A DNA stretch of 64,000 nucleotides, from assembly GCA_021513695.1 (NCBI GenBank), contig CP084166.1, forward strand, positions 2,272,001 through 2,336,000, read 5' to 3'. The notes beneath the pieces were generated by a model. That model was not told where the DNA came from and did not search any database. It was given only the letters and a program-made list of their open reading frames with translations. A program made the translations under genes and the position numbers. Positions within the stretch are counted from its first letter, which is position 1. Each line of letters begins with the position of its first letter. This stretch comes from Candidatus Heimdallarchaeum aukensis (GTDB lineage: Archaea; Asgardarchaeota; Heimdallarchaeia; Heimdallarchaeales; Heimdallarchaeaceae). Below, piece after piece: positions 18,069 to 27,257 of this stretch.

Positions 18069-18761
18069 TCAACTTTTTTTTAATGAATATCGAATTATTA
18101 TTTCGTCTCCGTCCTTCAAGTTAAATTTTTCCCTAATATTAATGTCACTTACAATTTCTGCTATATTTTTTCCATAATGCGTTCTTCTTGGAACAATAAT
18201 TGCAGCTTTTTCATCAGAGTCAAATAGTTTAACTGAATAGCATAACACATCTCCAAAACTTCTTCCTTCTTCTTTAAAGCCAGTTATTATCTTTGGAAAT
18301 GATCCTCTAATAAGATCTAATTTCTCGACATCATTAGGGTCTATTCTTACATTTAGTGTTCCAGGGTAAGGGACAAAGCCTAGTGTCTTTTTGAAACTTT
18401 TTACATAACTTGGTTGAGACATATAATATTTTCCTTCTCCAAATCCAGTAAAAACTAATCCACGCAACACAAGTTCTGTTTTATCAGGGTGGATAGCTTT
18501 TTCTAGCTCAAATCGAAGGTTATGTAGTGTCTCAATACCCTTATCAGTTAACTGTGCATTAGAACCTCTAGGGCCTGATTCCCATAAAATAAAATCCATT
18601 GCTGCCAGTTTCAATAAGTATCTTGACGCACTTTGTTGAGACATATTGAATACTTTAGCAACTTCTGTTGTAGTAATCTCCACTTTATGATCGATTGCAT
18701 GCTTTTGTGCTATATATATTAGTAATCCAATCTCTCGATTTGATAAATGAAAAATGTTCAC
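18069..18761 (-). CDS. ribK: CTP-dependent riboflavin kinase with N-terminal HTH (RbkR-type)
   Basis: Archaeal RibK signature LRGLVFTGFGEGKYYMSQPSYV…PYPGTLNVRI. N-terminal wHTH (AKVFNMSQQSASRYLLKL). Confidence 0.7.
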   Translation of the reverse strand: MNIFHLSNREIGLLIYIAQKHAIDHKVEITTTEVAKVFNMSQQSASRYLLKLAAMDFILWESGPRGSNAQLTDKGIETLHNLRFELEKAIHPDKTELVLRGLVFTGFGEGKYYMSQPSYVKSFKKTLGFVPYPGTLNVRIDPNDVEKLDLIRGSFPKIITGFKEEGRSFGDVLCYSVKLFDSDEKAAIIVPRRTHYGKNIAEIVSDINIREKFNLKDGDEIIIRYSLKKS

Positions 18762-19073
18762 GAGTTATCAAAAACATAGATATTTGTACTTTCTTAAATT
18801 TTTCAGTTAATCAACTTAATTTTTTTGCATTTTTTTAATCAATTTTGCTCTCACGGACTTTTAAAGGGGTAGAACTGGTCTTTTATTGTACCATAGTAGG
18901 CGGTTGAGTGCCATACAAAAATAATTAGTTGCTTTTATGTTATCTCCTTCTTTTCATCAAAAGTATATTTTTTTGTAATTCGAATAAAAACCTTTAAATA
19001 TCCAGTTAGAAACTGTATAATGGGGACTTACATTTTTATGTAAGTCTTTTACATCTGATTGGAGTGAAGAAGG

Positions 19074-19208
19074 ATGTCTCGAAAAGAATCAGTGAAAAAA
19101 ATAGATGAGGAAGTAAAGAAATTGAAAGAGAAATTAGAAAAAGATGGAAAGAAAAGTGTTTCGTCTAGAGAATGGGTGAATTACGAAACTTTCAGTATTA
19201 TTTTTTAG
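19074..19208 (+). CDS. Small KE-rich ORF (44 aa), not in track
   Basis: ATG preceded by GGAGG at -8, downstream of a perfect hairpin. Lysine/glutamate-rich. Low confidence. Confidence 0.2.
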   Translation: MSRKESVKKIDEEVKKLKEKLEKDGKKSVSSREWVNYETFSIIF

Positions 19209-19219
19209 GAGGAATAAAA

Positions 19220-19516
19220 ATGAAAGAAGAAAATTACAATTTTGATTTATGGTCTGAAGAGCTATCAAAATCAATAAGAAATTGGGTTGAAACAACAATA
19301 TGCAATTTACAGAATGACCTAAAACAATTCCATGGTCCATTGAAACAATTCTCACAAATTTCATCAGAAGGAATACAAACTGCATTGGTTAATTTTACAA
19401 CAAATCTAAAAGAAACAATAACAGAATTATCGGAAGATTTCTTAGATACAATAGAAGATGCTCTTGATGCTATTGAGGATGTAATGGAAGATCTAGAAGA
19501 AGCTGCTGAAGAATAA
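19220..19516 (+). CDS. Small acidic alpha-helical protein (98 aa from the SD-preceded ATG)
   Basis: GGAGG then ATG at 19220. Very acidic C-terminus (EDALDAIEDVMEDLEEAAEE). The track ORF starts earlier at 19172. Confidence 0.35.
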   Translation: MKEENYNFDLWSEELSKSIRNWVETTICNLQNDLKQFHGPLKQFSQISSEGIQTALVNFTTNLKETITELSEDFLDTIEDALDAIEDVMEDLEEAAEE

Positions 19517-19785
19517 AAAGAGAAATAAAAAAAAGTAAACGGTGAAAAAAATGGAAAGTAAATATATTGGAATGAATTTGTTGAAAAGTTTATCAAACTT
19601 AGATAAGGGGATGAGAAAGAAAAATATTGGAATGTATTTCCTTTACTTTTCTTCTCTAAATAGAAATTATTTGTATAAGACTTTTAATTGTTTTGAATTA
19701 TCGTCAAACAAATTCTCAAATGATATAGCCTATCTTGTAGCAAATAATTCTTGGAATATCAGTTCTATAGAGAGGAGGATTTTCT

Positions 19786-20916
19786 ATGAGTGATGATGAT
19801 GAATATAAAATAAAGAAGGAATTGGAAGAATTAAAGAAAAGAAATCAAGAATTAGAGAAAATGATTAAAGCTGTATTTAACAGAATGGATAAGATAAATG
19901 GTTCAAGAAAAGAAGATGAAAAAACAGGTGATAATGTCTCTGATAAAATCGAAAAAAAAGAGATTGAAAAGCTTCTTGAAAAAGATCTCAGACGGTTAAA
20001 AAAGGAAAGAATCAGCAACCAACATCATAGACACCACTTCTCTCCTAATTTAGAAGAAAGAAGATTTGAACGTGATGAGAGAGTTCATTCGATACGAAGA
20101 GCTCCTTCTCCTCCTAGCGCTCCTTCTACACCTAGAACTCCTTCCACACCTAAAGAACCTTTACCTCCAGAACATATCGGTCGTCCTCCAAGAAAACACA
20201 TTTTATTGTCTAAAGAAGAGATTGCTCGAGCTAGAGAAGAGATTAAACGTGCAAAGGAAGAGCTTCGACGAGAAAGAGAACGAATGAGACTTGAAGCTAG
20301 AAGAAAAGCTTTAGAATCTGCAAAAAAATCTGATGTTAAGCCATTTATTTTTTCTAAAAATATCGATTTAGATGGTTTTGGAGAAACAATCTCAAAGTAC
20401 GTTGAAAGTATCCTAGAATCTGTTTCAAGAAATATCGAAGAAACTGTAAAAAGTGCTTTTTCAACAGAAAAATCTTCAACTGGTAGAATCTCTGGTTCCA
20501 ATTTTCCCACATCAAATAAAAAGGCTAGTAAATTTTCCTTTCCTTACGATTACAGGAGGATTCCTATAGACGAAATAGAATCCTACCTTGATGAGATATC
20601 TGAGCTTTTATCTGCAATAGGTGATAAGAATCGATTACATATCTTAAAATTGCTTGAACTTCAACCTGAATATCAAAAAGAGCTTTCAGAAAAAACTGGT
20701 CTTCGTGGTGGTACATTTAAGCATCATACAGACATTCTTGCAAAAAATGGACTTATTACACAAGAAACAGTAAGAGGAAGATATCTTATAACACAACTAG
20801 GGATTGAAGCTCTAAAGTTAGCAGAGATATTATATACCAGAAAACAGGACCTGTATTCTTCAGAAGATTCGTTAGATGATGAAGATGATGATGAAATAAA
20901 TATTGATATTAATTAG
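19786..20916 (+). CDS. Coiled-coil / Pro-rich / C-terminal ArsR-type wHTH protein
   Basis: N-terminal KE coiled coil, PSPPSAPSTPRTPSTPKEPLPPE linker, second coiled coil. C-terminal HTH (RLHILKLLELQPEYQKELSEKTGLRGGTFKHHTDILAKNGLI). SD GGAGG upstream. Confidence 0.5.
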   Translation: MSDDDEYKIKKELEELKKRNQELEKMIKAVFNRMDKINGSRKEDEKTGDNVSDKIEKKEIEKLLEKDLRRLKKERISNQHHRHHFSPNLEERRFERDERVHSIRRAPSPPSAPSTPRTPSTPKEPLPPEHIGRPPRKHILLSKEEIARAREEIKRAKEELRRERERMRLEARRKALESAKKSDVKPFIFSKNIDLDGFGETISKYVESILESVSRNIEETVKSAFSTEKSSTGRISGSNFPTSNKKASKFSFPYDYRRIPIDEIESYLDEISELLSAIGDKNRLHILKLLELQPEYQKELSEKTGLRGGTFKHHTDILAKNGLITQETVRGRYLITQLGIEALKLAEILYTRKQDLYSSEDSLDDEDDDEINIDIN

Positions 20917-20930
20917 GGGGAGTTTAAAAA

Positions 20931-21593
20931 ATGACATTGAGTATTAGAAATTCTCCTATAAAAATTAAGAAAACAATTACGCACACCTTTAACAGTAAAC
21001 ATGTCAAATTAGAGTTGAAGAAGGGGTCTTTGCTCTTTCCTATTTTTGATGATTCTAACGATGTTCAAGTGGGTTGGCTGTTCTCTGGAACACTTACTGT
21101 TTTTGGTGATTTAATTGTCCACACTAATGATGGAGCTGCAGGAAAAATCGTTTCACAACAATACTCTAATAGTGTTTTTATGCCTGTAGTTCTTGAATTT
21201 TTATCTTTCAATGCTGTAAGAGAAATTAAACCTTTATCCGATTTTAGTTATTATACGAAGATTATAATGGACTTTAATAAAAAGATAATTTTCACTAATT
21301 TTATAAGAAAAACAGCACCCAACACCTTTATTTGGGGAGATAAACATGGGTCTTTTTGGATGATCTCAAAGGAAAAAACGTTTTTTGTGAATTTACCTGA
21401 AGTACTAGCGAGAGAAAGAGATGATGAATTACTATATCTAGATAAAAAGGGTTTCACTATAGTAAAAGACGGTGTTATTTCCTTCGAAACATCTACATTT
21501 TTATCTGGTCAAAGAATTAGGAAATTCATTTCTGAAATGTTGGATAATGTAAACATCGATACTTTTCTTAAAAATTTTAATATTACTTTTTGA
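20931..21593 (+). CDS. Beta-rich hypothetical protein (possible beta-helix / DUF4097-like fold)
   Basis: Strong SD GGGGGAG; 15-bp gap to the upstream HTH gene. Repetitive beta-strand-like segments (VQVGWLFSGTLTVFGDLIVHTNDG). Confidence 0.35.
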   Translation: MTLSIRNSPIKIKKTITHTFNSKHVKLELKKGSLLFPIFDDSNDVQVGWLFSGTLTVFGDLIVHTNDGAAGKIVSQQYSNSVFMPVVLEFLSFNAVREIKPLSDFSYYTKIIMDFNKKIIFTNFIRKTAPNTFIWGDKHGSFWMISKEKTFFVNLPEVLARERDDELLYLDKKGFTIVKDGVISFETSTFLSGQRIRKFISEMLDNVNIDTFLKNFNITF

Positions 21594-21682
21594 AATTTTT
21601 TTCTTTTTTTATTTAAATCATCGAAATTGAATATTTATACAAGAAAAAGTAATTAAGAAGAAATTGTTTTTGAACTTAATTT

Positions 21683-22117
21683 TCAAAACACTTGTTTTAG
21701 TTTTTCAGATATTTCATTTAGCAATTGTTCCAGTTCTAACAATTCCGTTTCTTTCTTTGCTTTTAATTGACTTTCAATATTTTCTTTGAATTGCTTTAGA
21801 TCCCTTAGCACTAAAATATATTGTTCAATTTTTTCTTTCTTTTTTTCTATTAGTTGGGGAATGTCTTCTATTGATGTAACTGAAGATAATAAACTAGGGT
21901 CATTTTTTTCTTTTGCTACTATCAAGTTGCTAATTTCATTATCCAATTTGTCAATATTTCGATTAGTTGCATATATTTTTTGATTGATCTTTATTAAAAT
22001 ATCTTGAGCTCTTTCGATTATAGGCGATTGCTCTTGCTTTTTTCTTAATAAAATAAGCAATAAGGCAATTGAAACTATTCCAATTACACATAAAATTATT
22101 ACTAAAATGGTTTGCAT
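21683..22117 (-). CDS. N-terminally membrane-anchored coiled-coil protein
   Basis: TM helix ILVIILCVIGIVSIALLLILL followed by ~110 aa of coiled coil. Confidence 0.4.
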   Translation of the reverse strand: MQTILVIILCVIGIVSIALLLILLRKKQEQSPIIERAQDILIKINQKIYATNRNIDKLDNEISNLIVAKEKNDPSLLSSVTSIEDIPQLIEKKKEKIEQYILVLRDLKQFKENIESQLKAKKETELLELEQLLNEISEKLKQVF

Positions 22118-22259
22118 AAGTAAAAGAATCTGTACTAATAAAAAAAACTATTGAAATATAAATTTGATTTATTGATTGATTTACTGCTGAAAGTTCCTTT
22201 TGGCTTGTATCTTTGAAAAATAAATTTTTTTTATAAAAAAAAAAGAATAGTATTAACAG

Positions 22260-23723
22260 TTAGAGTTGTTTGTAATTGATAATTCTAACTGTTAGTGGTT
22301 TTTTTGAAATATCTGCAATTCTTGCACCAATTATAAGTGAGATTCCTTTTGTATGTGCAATTTCAAGTAATCTTTGAGTTACTACTCCATCCACTATCAT
22401 TGTTTGAGCTTTTTCAATATTTTGTAGTTTGTTAAAAATCTCTTTTACTGAACTTTTTAGCACAACATTATAATTTTCATCAAAAACAACAGCTTCAAAT
22501 TGTTGTTTTACATCATTTACAGCTTTTTCTAACTGTTCAGGAAGCCTTATTCTTCTGATTACGCGTCTGGTGTGTTGTTGTCTTCCGCTTTGTGGATAAC
22601 TTCTTTGTTGTCTTCCGCTTTGTGGATAACTTCTTTGTTGTCTTCCGCTTTGTGGATAACTTCTTTGTTGTCTTCCATTCTGTGGATAACTTCTCTGTGG
22701 ATGACTTATTTGCTCTTTTTGTGGAGTGTGTCTATGATGAATCTCTTGTTCGTCTCTTCTTATAGTTTTTGAGGGGCGGAGTTCATGTTCATCTCTTTTT
22801 TTGCGTTTTTTTGGTTCTCCCTTTCTCTTTGTTCTCTCCTTGAACTCTGCAACAGTGATACCTTTATCGCTTCCAGTCAAGAAAATTGCTTTTTCTATCG
22901 GAACAGCATTTTTTAGTGCTTCATGTATCTCTGCCTCTGTGAGGTCTTCTACTTCTTTTCCCACAGGTGCTCTAGCTACATAACTTACATTAGCAACTTG
23001 AATTAGTTCTTTTAAAATTAAGTCTGCTCCCCTATCTCCATCGAGAAAAGCTGTTACTGTTTTATTTTTTATCAATTCTAGTAGTTTTTTAGGTATACTT
23101 GTTCCATTAACTGCTATTGTATTATCTATTCCAACTTTCAATAGGTTTATTACGTCTGCTCTACCTTCTACTAGAATAACCTTAGACGATTTCTCAAACC
23201 CAGGTCCTGCGTTGAATTTTTCATCTGTTAAACGTATCACAGTAGATTCTTTTACTTTTTTTGATGATTCTTCAACTTCTCTTTGAATTGAAGCACTAAA
23301 AGGACTTACCTTTTCATCCCATTGTCTAATAATCTCTGCGGCCCGATTAACAATGGCTTTCCTCTTTTTTATTCTTACATCAGTTATCTCATTCAGTTTT
23401 ATTTCACAATTACAAGGTCCAACCCTATCTACTGTCTCAAGTGTTGCAGCTAAAATCGCTGTTTCAGTTCTTGATAGACTAGATGGGATGATAATTTCAC
23501 CTGTTGTTATTCCCTCTTTGCTTGATATTTTTACATCAATTCTTCCAATCTTTCCAGTTTTTTGTAATTCTCTAATATCTAATTCCTCACTGAGTAAACC
23601 ATCAGTTTGGCCATATAATGCCCCTATAATGTCTGGTTTTTCTACTATTCCAATTACTTTAAAATTTGCATGTATCTCATATTTTGTCGTTGCTGTATCG
23701 GTTTTAGCACCCATTTTCATCAT
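22260..23723 (-). CDS. dnaG: Archaeal DnaG-like primase (TOPRIM); contains an in-frame low-complexity tandem-repeat insertion
   Basis: N-terminal KYEIHANFKVIGIVEKPDIIGALYGQTDGLL. TOPRIM ILVEGRADVINLL … FLDGDRGADLI. Confidence 0.8.
   Translation of the reverse strand: MMKMGAKTDTATTKYEIHANFKVIGIVEKPDIIGALYGQTDGLLSEELDIRELQKTGKIGRIDVKISSKEGITTGEIIIPSSLSRTETAILAATLETVDRVGPCNCEIKLNEITDVRIKKRKAIVNRAAEIIRQWDEKVSPFSASIQREVEESSKKVKESTVIRLTDEKFNAGPGFEKSSKVILVEGRADVINLLKVGIDNTIAVNGTSIPKKLLELIKNKTVTAFLDGDRGADLILKELIQVANVSYVARAPVGKEVEDLTEAEIHEALKNAVPIEKAIFLTGSDKGITVAEFKERTKRKGEPKKRKKRDEHELRPSKTIRRDEQEIHHRHTPQKEQISHPQRSYPQNGRQQRSYPQSGRQQRSYPQSGRQQRSYPQSGRQQHTRRVIRRIRLPEQLEKAVNDVKQQFEAVVFDENYNVVLKSSVKEIFNKLQNIEKAQTMIVDGVVTQRLLEIAHTKGISLIIGARIADISKKPLTVRIINYKQL
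22581..22700. repeat. 4 x 30-bp tandem direct repeat (tcttccgctttgtggataacttctttgttg) inside dnaG, encoding QRSYPQSGRQ x4
   Basis: Three perfect copies plus one degenerate copy, in frame. Confidence 0.85.
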
Positions 23724-24144
23724 CTCATGTAACTTTTTGTTAAGTCAGAATGGATACAGCGTTTCCTCTAACTCTCCCTACCTACTCTCAACAATAACAT
23801 TATCAAATCTGTTAAATCTTGATTATTCTAATTTATTTATTATGAATTATGATATTGTGATGTGAGTGTGATCGTGATGAGTCAGAGGATAGTTCTATCC
23901 ATACTATTATAGTTATTATTAAGACTCAATTATTTACTTACTGTGTCTGACACTTATTTTTATTATTTCTTATCAGACCTCATGATTAACTCCACATACA
24001 ACATTAAAAAACTTACCATTCTGTACAAACAGTAACTGTTAAACTTCCTAGAATGTAGTTTCTTTAGAGTTGAGGATTGTTTGATGTATTTAAATATTTA
24101 TAGCTGATAAAAAAAACTAAAAGAGAGTTTAACTATTTTATATT

Positions 24145-24801
24145 ATGCAAGAATTCACTTCTCATTTACTTCCTTTTAATGAAAATCACTCTCTTCATTA
24201 TTTAAAAATTGGAGAATCAGAAAATGCTATTATCTTAATTCATGGAGGGGATAGAAAATTCCAAAATGCACAATATTGGACCCCTCTCTTCCATGATTTG
24301 TCAAATAGTTTTACCGTGTTCGCAATTGACCTTTTAGGACATGGTGATTCTATCCCTGGAGAATCTCTAGCACAAAGTCAAAGAGTTCCAATTGAAACTC
24401 AAATAGAGGTTTTGAAAAAATTTAGTGATAAAGTGCTGATAAACTATGAAAAAAAGATTTGGGTTGGTCGGTCATATGGTGCAAATGTAGTTCTACACTT
24501 TACAAATAAATATCCAGAAGTAGTAACTCATCTATCTCTAATAGCTCCAGCTGTTTTTAGTATTTTCGTGGAAAATTTGAGTGATATAGTAAAGAATAAA
24601 CCTTTAATGCTATTTTGGGCAGAGAATGACCCAATTGTTCCTTTTTCCAATAATCATTTCTTTCTTAAACATTTTACTGATTGTAAATTAGTAAATGCAG
24701 GAACTATTACTTGCTCTGAAACAGAAAAATGGAGAGCACATACTCCTGAAATGGAAAAAAAAGATTTATTTCTCTCTTCTTTTTTAGCTTCTCTTCGTTA
24801 A
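24145..24801 (+). CDS. Alpha/beta-hydrolase fold protein
   Basis: ILIHGG… and nucleophile elbow GRSYG. ~218 aa. Confidence 0.5.
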   Translation: MQEFTSHLLPFNENHSLHYLKIGESENAIILIHGGDRKFQNAQYWTPLFHDLSNSFTVFAIDLLGHGDSIPGESLAQSQRVPIETQIEVLKKFSDKVLINYEKKIWVGRSYGANVVLHFTNKYPEVVTHLSLIAPAVFSIFVENLSDIVKNKPLMLFWAENDPIVPFSNNHFFLKHFTDCKLVNAGTITCSETEKWRAHTPEMEKKDLFLSSFLASLR

Positions 24802-24846
24802 TTTTTTTGACCAAAAAAAGAAAATAGGTGTTGATTAAAAGTTAAA

Positions 24847-25350
24847 TTATACATATTCTATGTAGACTCCAGTTCCCAATATTGATGAAACTGTTTGTAC
24901 TAATACTTCTTCTGATATTGGGAGTTTGTCTTTGTATTTTTTGTTAATCTCAACTTTGTATTCTTTGTCGCTAAAGGGAGGAATATACAAAACAGTAACA
25001 TTTTGTACAGGTGTTGGATCAATTAAGCTTTCTACTAGTTTTTTAGGATCATTTGTCTTCTTTAAGAATCGTATTTTTTTAGCTGCGATATTCTCTAACT
25101 CAGGTAAGATATAATCAGAAGATAAAACTGGAACATCTTGACTTCGTACAACTAGTATTACTAAATCTTCTAATTCAATAGAAGAATAAAAGTGAATATC
25201 ATTAAGTTCTTTATGTGATTTAGCTAGATCTACTAATAATTTTGAAATTTCTATGTCTAAATCGCTGATTTTTCCTTCCCTGTAAAGAACTTTGCATTTT
25301 CTACATAGAGTATTTGTTTGGGCGTCAATACGACATATTGGAAGTTTCAT
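24847..25350 (-). CDS. Hypothetical protein with N-terminal Cys cluster (possible Zn-binding)
   Basis: ICRIDAQTNTLCRKCK near N-terminus. No confident family assignment. Confidence 0.35.
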   Translation of the reverse strand: MKLPICRIDAQTNTLCRKCKVLYREGKISDLDIEISKLLVDLAKSHKELNDIHFYSSIELEDLVILVVRSQDVPVLSSDYILPELENIAAKKIRFLKKTNDPKKLVESLIDPTPVQNVTVLYIPPFSDKEYKVEINKKYKDKLPISEEVLVQTVSSILGTGVYIEYV

Positions 25351-25601
25351 TCTACATCACGTATAGCAAATTATTAGTTTTAAATTTCAAGTTTTATTTA
25401 AAAAACTATTTATGTCTTCAAATTTAACGGACATCTTCTCTTTGATGTAAAATCCTTATTTCTCAAAGAATATGTTGGTTATTATCTTATTCTCTTAATC
25501 TGATAGGTTACGATCTATCTTTTCGATTAAAAAAACTGTGTCCATAGTAATTAAAACTTAAAAAATTGTTTAATAAAAAAAAATGAATTAGGTTTCTGGA
25601 G

Positions 25602-26657
25602 CTATATAAGACCCCTTTCCATGAGAACTCTAAATTCTTCAAGAGATAAACTCTCACCATTCTTATATTTTGTCAGAATGGCTTCAGCTCTTGAATCTAG
25701 AATCTCATCTCTTATTTGTTTAGCTCTGATTTTCCTTTCTTTTCTTCGTGCTTTTAGCTCAATTCCTACTGTTTTTGAAAGGATTTTCATATCTTTTGTT
25801 ATAGAATCTAATTCTTTCTTTATTTCTTTAATTTTAGAGCTAATAGTTAATACTTCTGCGTGTAATGAATCTGCTTCTTCTTTTGCAATTTTAGCTTCTT
25901 TTGTGGCTTCAACCATTCTCTTCTGATGAACTTGTGATTGATTAGCTAGTGTAGTGACGCTTGTATGATATGTTTTAATTTCCATTTGCATTTGTCTGAG
26001 TTTATTTTGCATTTCTTTAATTTCACTCTTTAGTTCTCTGAAAATCTCTAGTTTTTCAAGTGCTCCACTTAATGCTTCTAACTGCTTAAGGGTTTCTCTC
26101 TCTTGATCTTTATCCAGAAAAGGAGTTGTTTCTAGTTTTCTTTCAATAGCTCTTATTTTTTCACCTACTCTTCTATCTCGAGGAGCTCCTACATCTTTTA
26201 TCTTTGAGGATAGCTCTAAAAGTCTATTTTTAATCTTCTCTGCTTCCTCTTTAAGGATATCTCTCATCTGTTTTCTTACTTGTACTTCTTCGTTGATTTT
26301 GTCTCTTTTCTCTTTTTCACTTCTTGCTTCCTGAAAAAGTTTCTTCACAAGTTCATTTTTCTCGTCTCGTAACTTTCTCTTCTCACTTCTTTCTTCTAAA
26401 AGTCTATGTAATTCATTAGAAAGCATACTTCGTCTTTGTCTAAGATAACTTAGTTTCTCTTTCTTTTCCTCAAGACTGAGTTCAGCAAAACGTGATTCTT
26501 CTTTCTCTTTTTGTTCTTCAGTATCTGTTTTTGGGGTAGCTTGTTCCTGTATTAATTCTTGTTTTTGTTCTTGTTCTGGATTAGCTTTGTTTTCCCCTGT
26601 TAATTCAGATTCACTCTCTTCCTCTTTGATATTAATATTTTCCTCGTTCGAGCTCAT
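25602..26657 (-). CDS. Large KE-rich coiled-coil protein
   Basis: 351 aa, almost entirely heptad-like E/K/R/L. No catalytic motifs. Confidence 0.45.
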   Translation of the reverse strand: MSSNEENINIKEEESESELTGENKANPEQEQKQELIQEQATPKTDTEEQKEKEESRFAELSLEEKKEKLSYLRQRRSMLSNELHRLLEERSEKRKLRDEKNELVKKLFQEARSEKEKRDKINEEVQVRKQMRDILKEEAEKIKNRLLELSSKIKDVGAPRDRRVGEKIRAIERKLETTPFLDKDQERETLKQLEALSGALEKLEIFRELKSEIKEMQNKLRQMQMEIKTYHTSVTTLANQSQVHQKRMVEATKEAKIAKEEADSLHAEVLTISSKIKEIKKELDSITKDMKILSKTVGIELKARRKERKIRAKQIRDEILDSRAEAILTKYKNGESLSLEEFRVLMERGLI

Positions 26658-26749
26658 TTGTCAGCACACTAGAAGTTCTAAATTCTTTTTTAGCAAAGAG
26701 TTTTCCACTCTCTGCGACACAACCTTTGGATAAAGGAGATTATTATAAT

Positions 26750-26908
26750 TTATTTTTTGTCAGATCGTCTCATACGTAGATTCTTTGATCTGCATTTTCT
26801 ACATTTTTTTGCAGTTATCGGGTTAGTAGCTGAGCATTCTCTACAAACCTTTACATCCATCAGATGTGCTCGTGCTATTGCGCGATGTTCGGGATTAGTT
26901 ACTGGCAT
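26750..26908 (-). CDS. rpl40e: 50S ribosomal protein L40e (52 aa), missed by the ORF track
   Basis: Translation MPVTNPEHRAIARAHLMDVKVCRECSATNPITAKKCRKCRSKNLRMRRSDKK has the L40e C4 zinc-ribbon pattern (CxxC…CxxC, NPxxAxKCRKC). Confidence 0.7.
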   Translation of the reverse strand: MPVTNPEHRAIARAHLMDVKVCRECSATNPITAKKCRKCRSKNLRMRRSDKK

Positions 26909-27257
26909 TTTTTTAAACTCCTATAATTCTCCTTTACGTGTCCTAATTTCTGCTCTGTGTTTGATATTAAAAAAATTTCTATCGGTGTCTTGAACTTTTG
27001 TCTGAAGGAGTATTTATCAAGTAAAATTTAGTGTTGTTGTTTCTCCGTTAAACAACTTGATTTCTGCGTAGTTTTTTGTATGTTGATCCTGCACTCAGAT
27101 AAGCTAATTCAAGAGAGTGCAACTAGCATCTATTAACCTGAGGAGAAGGTTAAGTTTTCTTATATTAATTGGAGCAAAATGAAACAAACTCTTGCTCATA
27201 AAGAGCTGTTAGTATTTATGCTTCTATGTTTTAGAAAGACTAAAAAGTGATAATGTT

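Noticed and set aside
22581-22700. Possible CRISPR array
   Set aside because: The 30-bp repeats are directly contiguous with no spacers, are in frame within dnaG, and there are no cas genes. This is a coding tandem repeat, not CRISPR.
22572-22772. 66-aa plus-strand ORF (LLSSALWITS repeats)
   Set aside because: Antisense translation of the 30-bp tandem repeat inside dnaG.
26757-26993. 78-aa plus-strand ORF from the track
   Set aside because: Antisense to a clear L40e gene (26750-26908, minus strand). No motifs. It is an artefact of the gene on the other strand.
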